A stretch of 62,724 bases of DNA, filler included, from Phoronis australis (Eukaryota; Animalia; Phoronida), in NCBI GenBank assembly GCA_002633005.1. It is 5 parts of 5 records of this genome, joined end to end, with 100 filler letters (N's around TTAATTAATTAA, not from the genome) between each part and the next. Parts side by side here need not be neighbours in the genome. Positions count along the whole stretch, not along the records: positions 1 to 27,706 come from NMRA01001065.1; 4 more parts are not named here. One strand, 5' to 3'. Position numbers and translations under genes: made by a program. The notes under the pieces were generated by a model. The model searched no databases and was not told the origin of the DNA. It saw only the letters and a list, made by a program, of their open reading frames with translations. Every line of letters starts with the position of its first letter. Positions within the stretch are counted from its first letter, which is position 1. Shown piece after piece: positions 13,599 to 25,654 of this stretch.

Positions 13599-16500
13599 TT
13601 ACATCTCGCAGGCAGTTTCTTGAATGTTTCCATTCTCAGGTGACGGGGTCCGTGCAAACTGAAAATAGAAAAACATTTGTCTCTTGCTGCATCACTGAAC
13701 ACTACACATTCAATTAAAGTCACTTGGAAGCCCACCTCGACACCTGCGCATGGAGAACAAAGTGAAGTGAGGCGTGGCACAAGGCGGGACAGTGTTAGGG
13801 GGCGATAGGTAAAGGTATTTCATTCTAGTGTCCCATACCACAAAGAGTTAAAAACAGCACTACAAGACAACACGTATCTGGATACTTATTAATAACAACA
13901 CTGGCATGACAAACAATTATGGTACTGGCACAGTCACAAATTCCGTCTACTACAAGACAAGACACGTGAGAATCAAAGATAATGCAGGGCAGAACTGGTG
14001 TGAAAGTGCATTTCTTTAATTACAACAACATCTCAAGAAAACAACTTTAGTCTAAAATTTTATAAATACTAAATGTTTACCAGAAACTTCTTCTTGAGTG
14101 CCCTTGTCATCAGAGGTGTCAGTCCAGTACCTTTATCGAAGTTTCTGTTAGTTAACAGCGGGGTTCCTCCTGGACTTTTCTCAATGTTTGTTTTCCTAAG
14201 CTTGCACTGTAAGACCTCACTCGGGATCCTGATATACAAAATATAAACCGATGAAATTAGCGCTGTTTTCTCCATACACCCCGATGGAATGCGACGTCAC
14301 AAACTAGAGACTAGTTCAACAGATTCTTGCAATTATTGCAACTGATGATCAGTTGCTTGAGCACTGAGGTAGAAGGCAATTTCACTTCCACGCCAAACAG
14401 CTAAACCATTTTTAATGAATAAGAACTAAGAGGTGCACTTCTGTGTAATTAATCAAAAAGTGCTTTCATAACCATTCAGATGGCACTTGCGATCACTAGT
14501 CATACACGGAACCCAATTGTTATTGCTTTGTGAAAATATCACATCAAAAGATTATTGTTGAATGAAAATACATGTTTATATATTGAATAGACAAGAACTA
14601 TTGCGGTTTACTCAATTTTGAACATGGATTTGACTAGCATTCAAGAAAAGAAAGGTTTCAGAGCCTATATTATCAAAGGTCACATGCCTAGTTGTAGCTA
14701 TAATTGTAGGAACACAGCGGCGAATTATGTTGTTTATAAATTAATTGATCAGAATTAAACTTTGCATCAAGTATTTAGTGTACATTTGTCCATAGTCCAT
14801 AGTCCAAGTTGTATGCCAGTGCAAATCTAAAGTACGACGATCTTAGCTGGAAATGAGCATGTGACTTTTGATAAATTCGACTCATCAATTTGACAGGTCA
14901 GCAGTAGAACTTTTGAAACTTTTGACCTTTTTCCAGATAGACGATAACTGATGCATAATTACCCCTGAGCAATGGTTTACGTCACATTCTTCCTTCTTGC
15001 GACCTGATGACTGAAAATGTACGATTTTGCCTGAAAAAACAATTTCCCTGACACCAGTGTAAAGAAATTATCTCCCCCTAAGATGGTCAACAACTCGTCT
15101 GCTACAACAATAAATACCTTCTGAGTGCGTCAGAACCATTTCTGATCTCATTAGCACCACTCTTCTTCAACTTGATCTTCTTGATAGCTGACACGGTTAC
15201 CAAAGGCTGATTCTCCTGAAATGGTGCAAATGCCACAATATTTAGACAAAAATACATGACGTGGGTCTGTTTCATGAAAGTGAGTTAAAGCATATTAAAG
15301 ACGGAAATTAATATAAGTACGACACAGTTTAGAAATAATATATGGAAATTATTTTAGTAACTACGACAGCAGTTAGGTGTACATGCTCAGAGACATGGCA
15401 CTTTTACTTAATAAGTGAGATATGATTATTTTTCAGAAATAGTTGTGTGGAGCGAAATACCAAATTTTTTTCTTACGTCTTAATATAAAGTCACTTTTCA
15501 TAAAACAGACCTGTGGCAACTTCCTAAAACTGATTTGAGGTGGTGATGTAGCGACATCATACTTAAAACCTATTGATCGACTTCCGCCAACCTCTATTGA
15601 TCTAGCCTATTTACACAACGTTTCACGTAGACATTTCCCGCCTTCAGGTGTTATAGCATTCTTAGAAGAACGAGCATGAGCAAATGGTACAATCATAGTG
15701 GTCAATGATGGGCACTTTTTAGAATTCTTGGTGAAATTAGAACAATAGATTTTAAAAATGATGAGACGCGAGGATGAATGTATTAAAAAGTGCTTTCTTG
15801 AAGTCAAACAATAAATTAATGTAAACATAAAATATGGTCGGAAATAATAAAAGTAGCTCTTTTTAATCAGAAATTGAACATCCTCGCTAAAGTGGTACAT
15901 GCTTGAACCCCAGTTGCAGTTACCTTGCCGACTTTCCTCTTGGGTGGAGTTCCAGCGTGGTCCACTTTCTTTAACTTTACTCTCTGTAGATCACCGACAG
16001 TTATCACAGGTTTAGCATCTTTGACATTTTGATCTCTGTTCTGTATTTCAAACAAAACATAAGGTTTTCAGGATTATAATCTACAGATAAAAAGTGAGTC
16101 ACTCTTGAGTAAATGTTAAATACATGCTTAACGTATGTTTTAATCAAAGATTGAAACTCAAACAAATAACATCCCAAAAAACACAAGTAATTTTTGTTTG
16201 AAGAACTTGAAGACGGTACTAAGGTAATTTGAGTAATAACAAGAAAACTGTATCAAGCTGTAATTGAGTATTAGGATTATAATGTAAGCCATTACTAAAT
16301 GTTTTTACAAAAACAAATATGTTCACTTGCGGTCAGCTTTGATGAACTGCTGATTACTATACACATCAGTGTATATTGATACAGACATCTATTTTATCAA
16401 AGTGACATGAATACTAATATTACAAAATGTGTGAAGTTAAAGCCTATCTTGAACGGTAACACCTGTAAATTTGGTACCTACAATATGTTAAGAGTACCGC

Positions 16501-19500
16501 TTGGAGCCCACTAACGCCATAAATTGCCAAAGGTAGCGAACTGTTTGGCGTATTGGCTTGCTTTTGTCAACGTCACTGCGAGAATCACTTTTTAATTCAA
16601 ACAGCTGCGAATAACATCCGCACGCAAAGGTGTTCTGTTCAGACCCCTATTCAACACAACTGTTACCGGCCTTTTTGTTGTTTGTGCTGGGATCTCGCGG
16701 TGACGCAACATGGCACGAAAAAGAAGCTTCACCTATCATTTGACGGGCTTACATTTGCGTGATTGAACTCGCATTTTCTTATTTTTCTAAGGCTTTGCTA
16801 GGACCATCTGGTTAGCCCAATACATCTAATGCAACAAAATTACATTGAAGACTTTAAGCAATTACAACTTCCAATGCACTCAACAAAATACACACAGTCA
16901 TGCATAATAACACAACTTGGTCAGTTACCTGAAGTCCCTTCCTTTTGATGACTAGCGGCTTTGGCAGACTGGCAATAGGTGGCGGCGGTGGAGGTGGAGG
17001 GGGTGGAGCTAAAGGTGGGGCTGTCACAGCAGAAGGAGGAGCAGGAGGCGTTAACACTGGCAATGACAGGCTATGACAGGACATCTGCTGGCAAGAGCAA
17101 TGTTGTTCTGTTGCGGAGGCCATATGTTTTGTAAGCAGATCTTCCTGTAAGATAAATAAATGATTTAATGACCATGAAATGGTACTATGTTAAGGCAATC
17201 AATTATCTTAGGACAGCTTTTGCCATTGAACTTAGTAACAGAATAGATACAGGTATAATAATGTCTACCAATATATTAGGGGCTGTTCCAGTAAAATCTA
17301 TATGGGGGGAAGGCAATTTTTTCGCACCCATCAGCCATATTTTTCATTTATTTCTTCAGCCCACCACCTGTAATTTTTTATAAGTTTGAATAGCAACCAC
17401 CAGTAATTTTGTTTCTGTTGTTCTTGTGGTTGACTGCACAAGCGCTTGAGTTTATCTGTTCCTCGATCACCACTGACGTCATTCATTACTAAAAAAACAT
17501 ATGTTTCTTATATGTGGTTATTAGCCATCGAGAAATTCGAGCGCCTGTGCTTGACTGGTTTTATAAGCATGCCAATGGGGAGATCGGGAGTGAAAAAGTC
17601 GAAGCTTTTTGCAAGTTGGGTTTTTGTTTTAGTTGTTGATTCTGTTCGGATTGTTTACAAAACTTACTGAAATTACCCACCATCAAACATTTATGGCACT
17701 GCAACGACCTGTAAATTTTAATTTTTTTGAAGTACGACCACCAGCCAGTTTAAATTCAAATCAAACACAACTACCCATAATTTTTTATTTCAATTGCCTT
17801 CCCCCCCTCCCACACGGATTTTACTGGAACAGCCCTTAATAAAAGAATAGTTCTGAATATCATATTCCACAAACATTGACATTTCTGCTACACCAGTTTG
17901 AAAGCAATTCAATTTTATAATTTTTAGCTTAACTGAGAACAGTGCTTAACTATAAAGAGTTATATTGGGTTTAAGATGCACATTCACGGTTATTGCTGTT
18001 ATTCACTGAAAATTAAATACATGCACTTTAACTGCAAATGTAGCTTTTCATTGACAGCTTTAGGGAACACAACATTTGCTTTTCCAGTCCCCCCTGCCAA
18101 ACATGTACAAAAATGGAGAGATACTTGTAGGAAAGCAAACATGTTACGGCTTCAACAGCAATGCTTCAAAGATAAACACTTATATTCAACTACAAAGTGA
18201 TGACTGAGAGATTAAACAAAGCAATAAATTTCAAAATAATTATTTGACGTGTATTAATTTAGTTAACCTACTTCATCTTACTACTTGCAGTCTAAATCAA
18301 ACACATGCACACACGCACTTTTTTGATTCGCAAACATTTTTAAGTCTACTCTGCATGCCATCTTTTGGTCACATCATGCAACCTAATGAACGTAAGTCTG
18401 AAAAGATTTCTGCCCCGACCGGGACTCGAACCCAGAACCTTCCGCTAGTAGTGCAGACACTCTAGTCCACTGAGCCATCGGGACCATTGACCAAACACAG
18501 AAATCCAATCAGGCGGGTTCGAGTCCTGGTAAGAAATCTTTTCAGACTTATGTGGCCAACAGATGACGTGCAGACCAGATTTAAAAATATTTACGATCTA
18601 CATTTCCGTGCCGATTCAAGATTTACATCCTCATATATATTTAGTTGCACAAACAATATGTTAAAATAAAGTAAAATAACTCCTGGATCTGCTTGGTTCT
18701 GTATACTTTTTGTTTTCAGATATTTTTTTAATTTCGTCGCATGAACTTTTCAATATGATTGAAAGTGTATTGTCGCTGTTCCTGACCAAAATGCCACCAT
18801 AGACTAGAGTGTCTGATGAGGGGTGTAGTGTTTATTATAGATCCAAGTATTCTATGCGCTTTTATGAGTTTGAAGCGTGACACTAGCGCTGAAGCATATA
18901 GTGCTGATAATTGTTAGTTGCATTTCTGTATATGGATCCCGGCTCCTTAGATAAAAAGTGAGCAAAGTAGGTCAGGACAGCAAAAACTGGAAAACATGCC
19001 GGTGCTGCTTTTTACAGAAGGAAAAGCAGAAACAAACTAGGGCACAGTCTTGTAATATGTTATAGTTTGATCTTAGTGACATTTCAGTTCTTTTGTCACG
19101 TTTTAAAGATGTGAAAAAGTAATAATAAAAGAATGTGTGAGTTTGTCTTTTGACAACGCCGTTTTTATGACATTACCCTCGCAGCAAGTCCATCACTCCT
19201 AAATTGTCCAATCGGCACATGAAAATTGTCCCTGTTTGATTCAACCTTGCCGACAAATTAGGAATTTCAAAGGTCCAGTAAGGTATTCCTGACAGTATAT
19301 ACAAGCAAACATACCATTAGCAAATGTTAACATACATGACCTCGTGTTTTTTCAGATGCAAGAACAAAGTATTAATAAATAGCTCCATTTCATTTTTACC
19401 TTTTCTGCTTTAAGTTTGTTGACCTCCTCTTCCAGTACTTGAACCTTATTTAAGATCAACTGTAACTCCATTTTGTAGCTGCTCCGACTAAACATCACGC

Positions 19501-22491
19501 GACTGAATGATGACAAGCCCTGAAAAGCAGAAGCATTTATCAATGTTGAAATTTCAAAAAAATCAATGAAAACCTTCATGCTCATTCCGTCCAGTGGAAG
19601 TTCCACAAGAGTAACAAATTTTGAAAAACTCATTAAATGTGGTATTTCAAAAGATATTCTCAACTGCAAACTATACACAAAGACCAAAACAACACCTGCT
19701 CCATCTGATCATGTGACCACATAAGATAAGTCACAAAAAAGCAAAAGCTAACATGCCTTGAAAGTCAGGGCTTGGAATGACCAATGACAAACAAAGAGGA
19801 AAATTTTCAAAGTGAAGAATCGTTCCACAAACAAATAGGCTTGCGTGGTAGAAATATTTTTTGTGCTGTAAAATTTAACTGAAATAATCGTTTTTGCATA
19901 AATAAAGTCACAACAATGATAAACAAGAGCAACGCGGAGCGTTGAAATGCGCCCACGAATGCATCGCAAATGGTGTGCTTTTAGGGTTGCTTATTTGTGT
20001 CATGAAAATGGCCACTAGATGGCGCAAAAACATACAATCCATCCGAAAACGGGAACATGTCATTGCTTCTTTAATAGAAAGCTATACACCAAATTTCATA
20101 GAAATCCGTTACGGAACTTCAGCGAAACAAAGGAAAACAGACTAAAATGAAATTGCCACAAGGGGGCACAGTGTTCATTGGATCCACCTGAAAGTTGTCA
20201 TTGTCTGTTGTTAGCTTCCTATAAATACACTTACAAAATCCTACAGTGGGTTTACGAGGTACAGCTATGGGCACGAAACAAAACAAAACTACCACTAGGT
20301 GGCGCCAGAGTAGTCAAAGTCGTCATGATCAACTGTCCTCTTCACACTGAGCACATATAAGCCAATTTTCAAAACCATTCTTAGAATGATTTGATTGATA
20401 GAGAGGTAGATGCCAAAAAACAGACTCGAAAAAGTAAAAATGGCCACTAGGTGGTGCAAACTACGTTGAATCCATCCGAAAACGGGAGGGTACTGTCGTC
20501 TCACTAATAGATGCCCATATACCAAATTTTATGAAAATACCTTGAGGACCTTTAAAGATACAGAGGTAAACGTAAAAACTAAAATTGCCACTAGGGAACA
20601 CACCGATAGTCGGATCTGTCCGAATGTTTGCTCATGCCGTCCCATCCATGAAAGGAACACATGTGCAAAATTTCATAAACATACGTCAATCGCTTTTGGA
20701 GATAGAGCAGTGAACGCCGGACGTACACTGCTCGGACGGACGCAGATGACGGCATAATGCGTCCACATACAAATATGTGGGCGCATAAAAAGGGACAAAA
20801 AAGAGGAAAGTGGAAATGAAATAAGAGGAAATCGAAACCAAAAAAGAAATTCCTCTTAAAGAGGAAATTCCAAGCCCTGAAAGTTCATGGTTTGAACTTC
20901 TGTACAAACACAATGATATAAATATACACAAAATGACACTGGGTTGACAAGGTGCAATGCTCAACTCAAGCTTCTGGTCTAATATGCATTGGAAGTGAAA
21001 ATAACCTCAGACCAAAATTTGGTGAAATTTCAGGGATAACAGATAAAGGAGGGGCAGGACAAAGGGATTGAAAACCCAGAAAGGGGGTTTAATACACAAT
21101 CTCCTGGCAAGCAGCCTTAACCCGTCTCATTTCAGATTTCAAAGTCCAACAAGGCCCTCGTTTGGATAATTATGCAATAAGGTAGTATTCCTAATACGCC
21201 CTCATGTCGTTAATATACTGAGGGAGAGGATTTCGCCAGTTGTTTTATATTGTTTTCTTGACATGGCGTCGACAAATGGTAAAAAATGTAAAATATAACA
21301 TGAAGCACAACGACAAAACTTTACTTAAGTATAATTTACTGAAGTTAAAAGATAATGTAACCTTGTCAGTTTTATCTTTATGTTATTAGCTTGAATTTCT
21401 CACTTTACCAGAAGAAGGGCATTGTTCAATAAAACAATATAACTTTTCAGGCTTTTCACATACATGAACTGCATTAACCAAAAACGTTTTGAGATACAAA
21501 AATCAGAAATTTTGCAGTAGTGCGCGTTTTCCCCTGTTCAGTCGTCATTTTACATATTCGGAGTTCTTAATCAAAGAGTTTAAAAACAAATATCTCTGAG
21601 CAACCCTCAACTGATGTTGAATAAGTTGGTAAGTTAATTTTTAAACATTGCAGAGTATCTGCCACGGGATTTTCCAATGATTTTCCAATGCGCTTTGTTT
21701 TACCTGTTGAGGTGTTGCACATTCTCCTTGGAAAGCAAGTCTTATAATGGTGAGGAAGAATTTGAAAATGAAATTATAAGAGTTAAAGGCTCAATTCGAT
21801 TTCAGTTTTTTAGCCAGCTAAACAGGGAAAATGCAACTTTAATTATTTTTTTCATATCAATAGTAATAGTCAACACAGAATAGAAATCTTGAACTTACAG
21901 AGAGCACACTACCACAGCACCATGAACACATATTCTTAATACCAGACAGAGACAAACTGTGCACTTGAAACCAACCACGTGGATCAGGGTTATAAAGGAC
22001 CTCACTTTCTTCATCTGAGAGACTCATGTCCAGTAGTGAACCCAGCTGGGTGCTAGAAAGAGAAACACACAATAGTGCTGGGGGCTTGTACTAACTTGGC
22101 ATATTGCAACTGGTTGAATTACAAACTTAAATAAAAACAAATGTTACTATGCATAATCATAAGTAAATCATTGTCTGTAAGTGTCTTAAAAAAGTTTATC
22201 AAATAAGTCAGAATTTTCATTTACAATTAGATCTAAATATTGTGTAACAGGTGCATTATTTTTGTTATATATTATAAGTGAACCTAATACATTATTGTTG
22301 CTCAAAATTAAAATCATTAGCTTAAAATGTTGGTAATCTGTTAAAAAGGATCTTTCATTTGAGTCATAAATCACTAAATTTTATTTTTAATCATACTAAT
22401 TATAGTCTTTGTGCGTTGATGTCATCTTCTTTTGCTTCCTTCGTTTCACTCGAGTATTCTTTAATCTTCGATGTCTTTTTGCCCTAGTCAT
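13599..22491 (-). CDS. PRR11: Proline-rich protein 11-like, complete CDS (8 coding exons, 335 aa)
   Basis: Exons 22491-22397, 22052-21899, 19519-19400, 17144-16929, 16040-15924, 15215-15118, 14228-14081, 13658-13599 total 1008 nt with consistent phases. Basic N-terminus [11 protein letters not shown], poly-Pro tract, [13 protein letters not shown], and [15 protein letters not shown]...[16 protein letters not shown] matching the PRR11 C-terminus as recalled. Confidence 0.9.
17279..17836. mobile_element. PIF/Harbinger-like MITE (family A, copy 1)
   Basis: TIRs GGGCTGTTCCAGTAAAATC / GATTTTACTGGAACAGCCC, flanked by TTA/TAA. A homologous inverted copy lies at 42975-43544. Confidence 0.85.
18328..18596. 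mobile_element. Palindromic element built from two head-to-head tRNA-derived (SINE-like) arms
   Basis: The minus arm has A box TGGCTCAGTGG and B box GGTTCGAGTCC. The plus arm has GGTTCGAGTCC then agaaatcttttcagactta. The outer ends are inverted repeats. Confidence 0.75.
19766..20879. mobile_element. hAT-like MITE (family B) with a nested Helentron-type insert
   Basis: TIRs CAGGGCTTGGAAT / ATTCCAAGCCCTG and flanking aaagt duplication. The same termini occur at 41074-41603 and 27594. Confidence 0.8.
19922..20790 (-). mobile_element. Helentron-associated (HINE/DINE-1-like) non-autonomous element with internal ~144-bp repeats
   Basis: Subterminal inverted repeats atgcgcccac (19947-19956) and gtgggcgcat (20777-20786); hairpin caacgc-gga-gcgttg at one end and a 31-bp hairpin at the other; ggac repeats; A-run flanks. 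Confidence 0.7.
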
Positions 22492-23211
22492 TTGTCTGAA
22501 TCCCCGCCTGGTCACCAAAATGCTCTGAAAAACATGTTATGACAGTCAGTACGAAATAATTTTTAATTTCAACCATGACTTTTACATACTGACCTAAACA
22601 TGAAATCCATGTCTCCGCTATTACTAGATTATACAGAGTGGATGCAATGTACTGAGTATAGAATTCCAAGTGAAAACAGTTTGAGTCTTAATTAAGACCC
22701 AGCCAAGTGATATAAATCAACAGAACTAGTGTCTCTCACCTGCAATTACTGTCCTGCACTGCTTGGGCATAGATACTCGATATTAACTAAATATAATGGC
22801 ACTGTCGTTGCCAAACATTAAATGATCATACAAATTGACTTTACACATCTCATACATTCACTCTCGCTATGGCAAAGAACTCCTCCTAGACACTGTGACA
22901 GTCTCCACTATATGGAGAGAACAGTTCAGGGCAGTCTAATCTCTGCTTGAAACTTATCTCATTGAGTTAACCTATGTTTCTTGAGTGTGCGCCAGTCTGC
23001 TATATGGCACTATCATGTGGATGGTGCACCCCAGCTGCCATGTGGATGGTGCACCCCTACTGCCAAAATTAGGCAACTAGCATCCACTATTATGTGGTGT
23101 TCGTAGTCAATTGCATTTTCTGTATACCTTTGATTTCCACATACCAGTAATTACCATAGGCATACTATTGGAGATTGGTGTACTAGCAGTGTCAATGGTC
23201 CATACAAACAT

Positions 23212-24199
23212 CACGGGTGAGAAACAACATGACCGCCGGTCCTCTAAATCGGACCGACTCACTCAAAACAGGACTGACGCACCTAAAAACATGACCGCCC
23301 CACCACAAAACAGGACTGCCGGGGACTGAGTAGTTAAGGCCTTTGTGNNNNNNNNNNNNNNNNNNNNNNNNNNNNNNNNNNNNNNNNNNNNNNNNNNNNN
23401 NNNNNNNNNNNNNNNNNNNNNNNNNNNNNNNNNNNNNNNNNNNNNNNNNNNNNNNNNNNNNNNNNNNNNNNNNNNNNNNNNNNNNNNNNNNNNNNNNNNN
23501 NNNNNNNNNNNNNNNNNNNNNNNNNNNNNNNNNNNNNNNNNNNNNNNNNNNNNNNNNNNNNNNNNNNNNNNNNNNNNNNNNNNNNNNNNNNNNNNNNNNN
23601 NNNNNNNNNNNNNNNNNNNNNNNNNNNNNNNNNNNNNNNNNNNNNNNNNNNNNNNNNNNNNNNNNNNNNNNNNNNNNNNNNNNNNNNNNNNNNNNNNNNN
23701 NNNNNNNNNNNNNNNNNNNNNNNNNNNNNNNNNNNNNNNNNNNNNNNNNNNNNNNNNNNNNNNNNNNNNNNNNNNNNNNNNNNNNNNNNNNNNNNNNNNN
23801 NNNNNNNNNNNNNNNNNNNNNNNNNNNNNNNNNNNNNNNNNNNNNNNNNNNNNNNNNNGTCACATACCGCAGCCGGGAGCCTGGTGATGAGTAAAACTCA
23901 AAAGCGCCGTGCATTACAAAGCGAAGTGTCCTCTGTTGCGCACAAAAGATTTCGGTGGATTAATCGGCACAAGACCTGCATATGCATACGTATATAGCCC
24001 CATTGTATGATCTGTGTAGGCCTAACGGTAATAAATCTTAGCCTGTTAGTCATTGTGGTTTTAGTTCCCGGCGGTCCTTTTTTGTGGTGGGGCGGTCATG
24101 TTTTTAGGTGCGTCAGTCCCATTTTCTGGTGCAGCGGTCCCATTTGATCCCCGGAGGTCCTGTTTAGAGGACCGGCGGTCATGTTGTTTCTCACCCGTG
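23212..24199. mobile_element. CAC...GTG-terminated non-autonomous DNA transposon with 5-bp TSD (Transib-like or CMC-like)
   Basis: 37-bp TIR CACGGGTGAGAAACAACATGACCGCCGGTCCTCTAAA at both ends; AACAT on both sides; subterminal repeats; an internal N gap. Confidence 0.8.
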
Positions 24200-24393
24200 A
24201 ACATACACCTCTGAAAAGATTAGTGATTCAAACAAACATGTGGTGCTGGTCTAAAGTTGTATTCTTTGTATACATTTTTTCATATTGGAGCTGAGTTCAG
24301 ACTAGATCCTGGGGCTGGGCCCCTTCCCAGGGTAACCTAATCTCAATTCAAGACTCGACTCATACTCATACCAAGACAGTGGCTCCGCAATAG

Positions 24394-24900
24394 AGACAGT
24401 GAAGCTCCGTAGATATTAGTATACAGGCACTTCATACGCCGGAAGAGTTTTGGCAAATTATGCCTCGCTTTGACTAAAACATCAATGCTGCGTTGTATAC
24501 ATTTTGTGCACAGAGGGACACCTTAGGAGGCCATCGATGTACTGAATTCCTTCCAACTCGAACACATACTCCCGTTATCTGCGTTATCAAACTTTTTCTT
24601 CGAGCAGTCCCGCAGTTCCCAAAATCAGTAACTCACCATTTTTAACACTACGCGCACCAGAATATATGACGTCACACCATCTGGCGCGAGCAGAGTTAAA
24701 AATGGTGAGTTACTGATTTTGGGAACTGAACAGGGACTGCTCGAAGAAAGTTTGATAACGGGAGTATTTGTTGGAGTTGGAAGGAGTTTCAACAGCCCCC
24801 TAAGGTGTCCCTTTGTGAGCAAAAGGCATTTATAACAATGTGACTTTGATGTTTGAGTCAGTAAAAGGAATAATGAAGCGCCTATAAGAGCTCCACCCTC
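24394..24900. mobile_element. Foldback MITE (family C, copy 1)
   Basis: Long imperfect palindrome centred near TGACGTCA (24667-24674). A homologue lies at about 26476-26886. Confidence 0.75.
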
Positions 24901-25083
24901 CTACTGTCGGTGCCAGGCAGCCAGTAGGACAGTGGTACACTGTCTAACTCGTACCAATCTGTCCAGGCTATGTGATCAGAGATAAGAGTAGTGCATCTAT
25001 GACGTTTCGACCAATTCCTAAAACTTCCAAAGGACGAGAATAAAATGGTGGTGAAGAAATTTAGTAGTTATGTAAATACATAC

Positions 25084-25250
25084 CGCAGCCTTGATTGTTT
25101 AGTTGATTAGATCATTCAGTTTCCATCCCATGCACAATTTTAGGATAAGTTTGAATGGTTAAAATGGTGACTAAATAATATTGGCCAATCAGTGTTTACT
25201 TTGAGTTGGTGAACAGCCAATCACATTCAACAGGAAGTAAAAATTTCAAG
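25084..25250. promoter_or_regulatory. Bidirectional PRR11/SKA2 promoter with NF-Y, CHR-like and ETS sites
   Basis: ATTGGCCAAT (25180-25189); CCAAT (25217-25221, 32 bp after the first plus-strand CCAAT); TTTGAA (25150-25155); TTCAAG (25245-25250); CAGGAAGT (25231-25238). A candidate PRR11 5'UTR exon donor (G|GTATGT on minus) lies at 25084/25083. Confidence 0.75.
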
Positions 25251-25283
25251 ATGGAAGCGGCCGTAGAAAAGCTAGAAGCAATG
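25251..25283 (+). CDS. SKA2: SKA2-like (spindle and kinetochore-associated protein 2) first coding exon; remainder missing from this contig
   Basis: aagATGG Kozak context; 33 nt encoding MEAAVEKLEAM then a GT donor. Human SKA2 begins MEAEVDKLELM followed by an intron (recalled) and is head-to-head with PRR11. Confidence 0.75.
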
Positions 25284-25654
25284 GTAGACATTAATGTCAT
25301 TTTGTGTGGCTTGTTTTTATCGCCTTTCATTTCTTTATAGAATTATACAATTTACCTTTCTGTTCTACATTCCGATTACATTACTCTTAGAAACTCAATT
25401 CAGCTACTTAATCTGACGTGAGAGTCCAGTCGGAATATCAACCAGTCGAAAGTTGGCGGGCGTAGCTGTAAACAATTAGAATTATCTTACGCTAACGTTG
25501 GCAGGTACTGGTGAACAAAATTGGTTGCTTTGGAGTTTGTGTTTGTGGCTGGGATTGAGCATTGTTGTCTAGTCTTTGTAATAACAGGGCTTATAAGAGG
25601 ATATCGTTTTTAGTTTGGATTTCCTCTTATTTGATTTCCAGTTTCCTTTTGGGT

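Noticed and set aside
13796-13826. Alternative last PRR11 exon (NEIPLPIAP*)
   Set aside because: Poor polypyrimidine tract. The acceptor at 13658 is much stronger and gives FARTPSP, closer to the recalled PRR11 end.
17446-17670. Similar ORFs here and at 43149-43403 suggesting a gene family
   Set aside because: Both are chance ORFs inside copies of the same MITE.
23192-23914. Long ORFs over N runs (also 53966-54189 and 57808-58036)
   Set aside because: Artefacts of translating assembly gaps.
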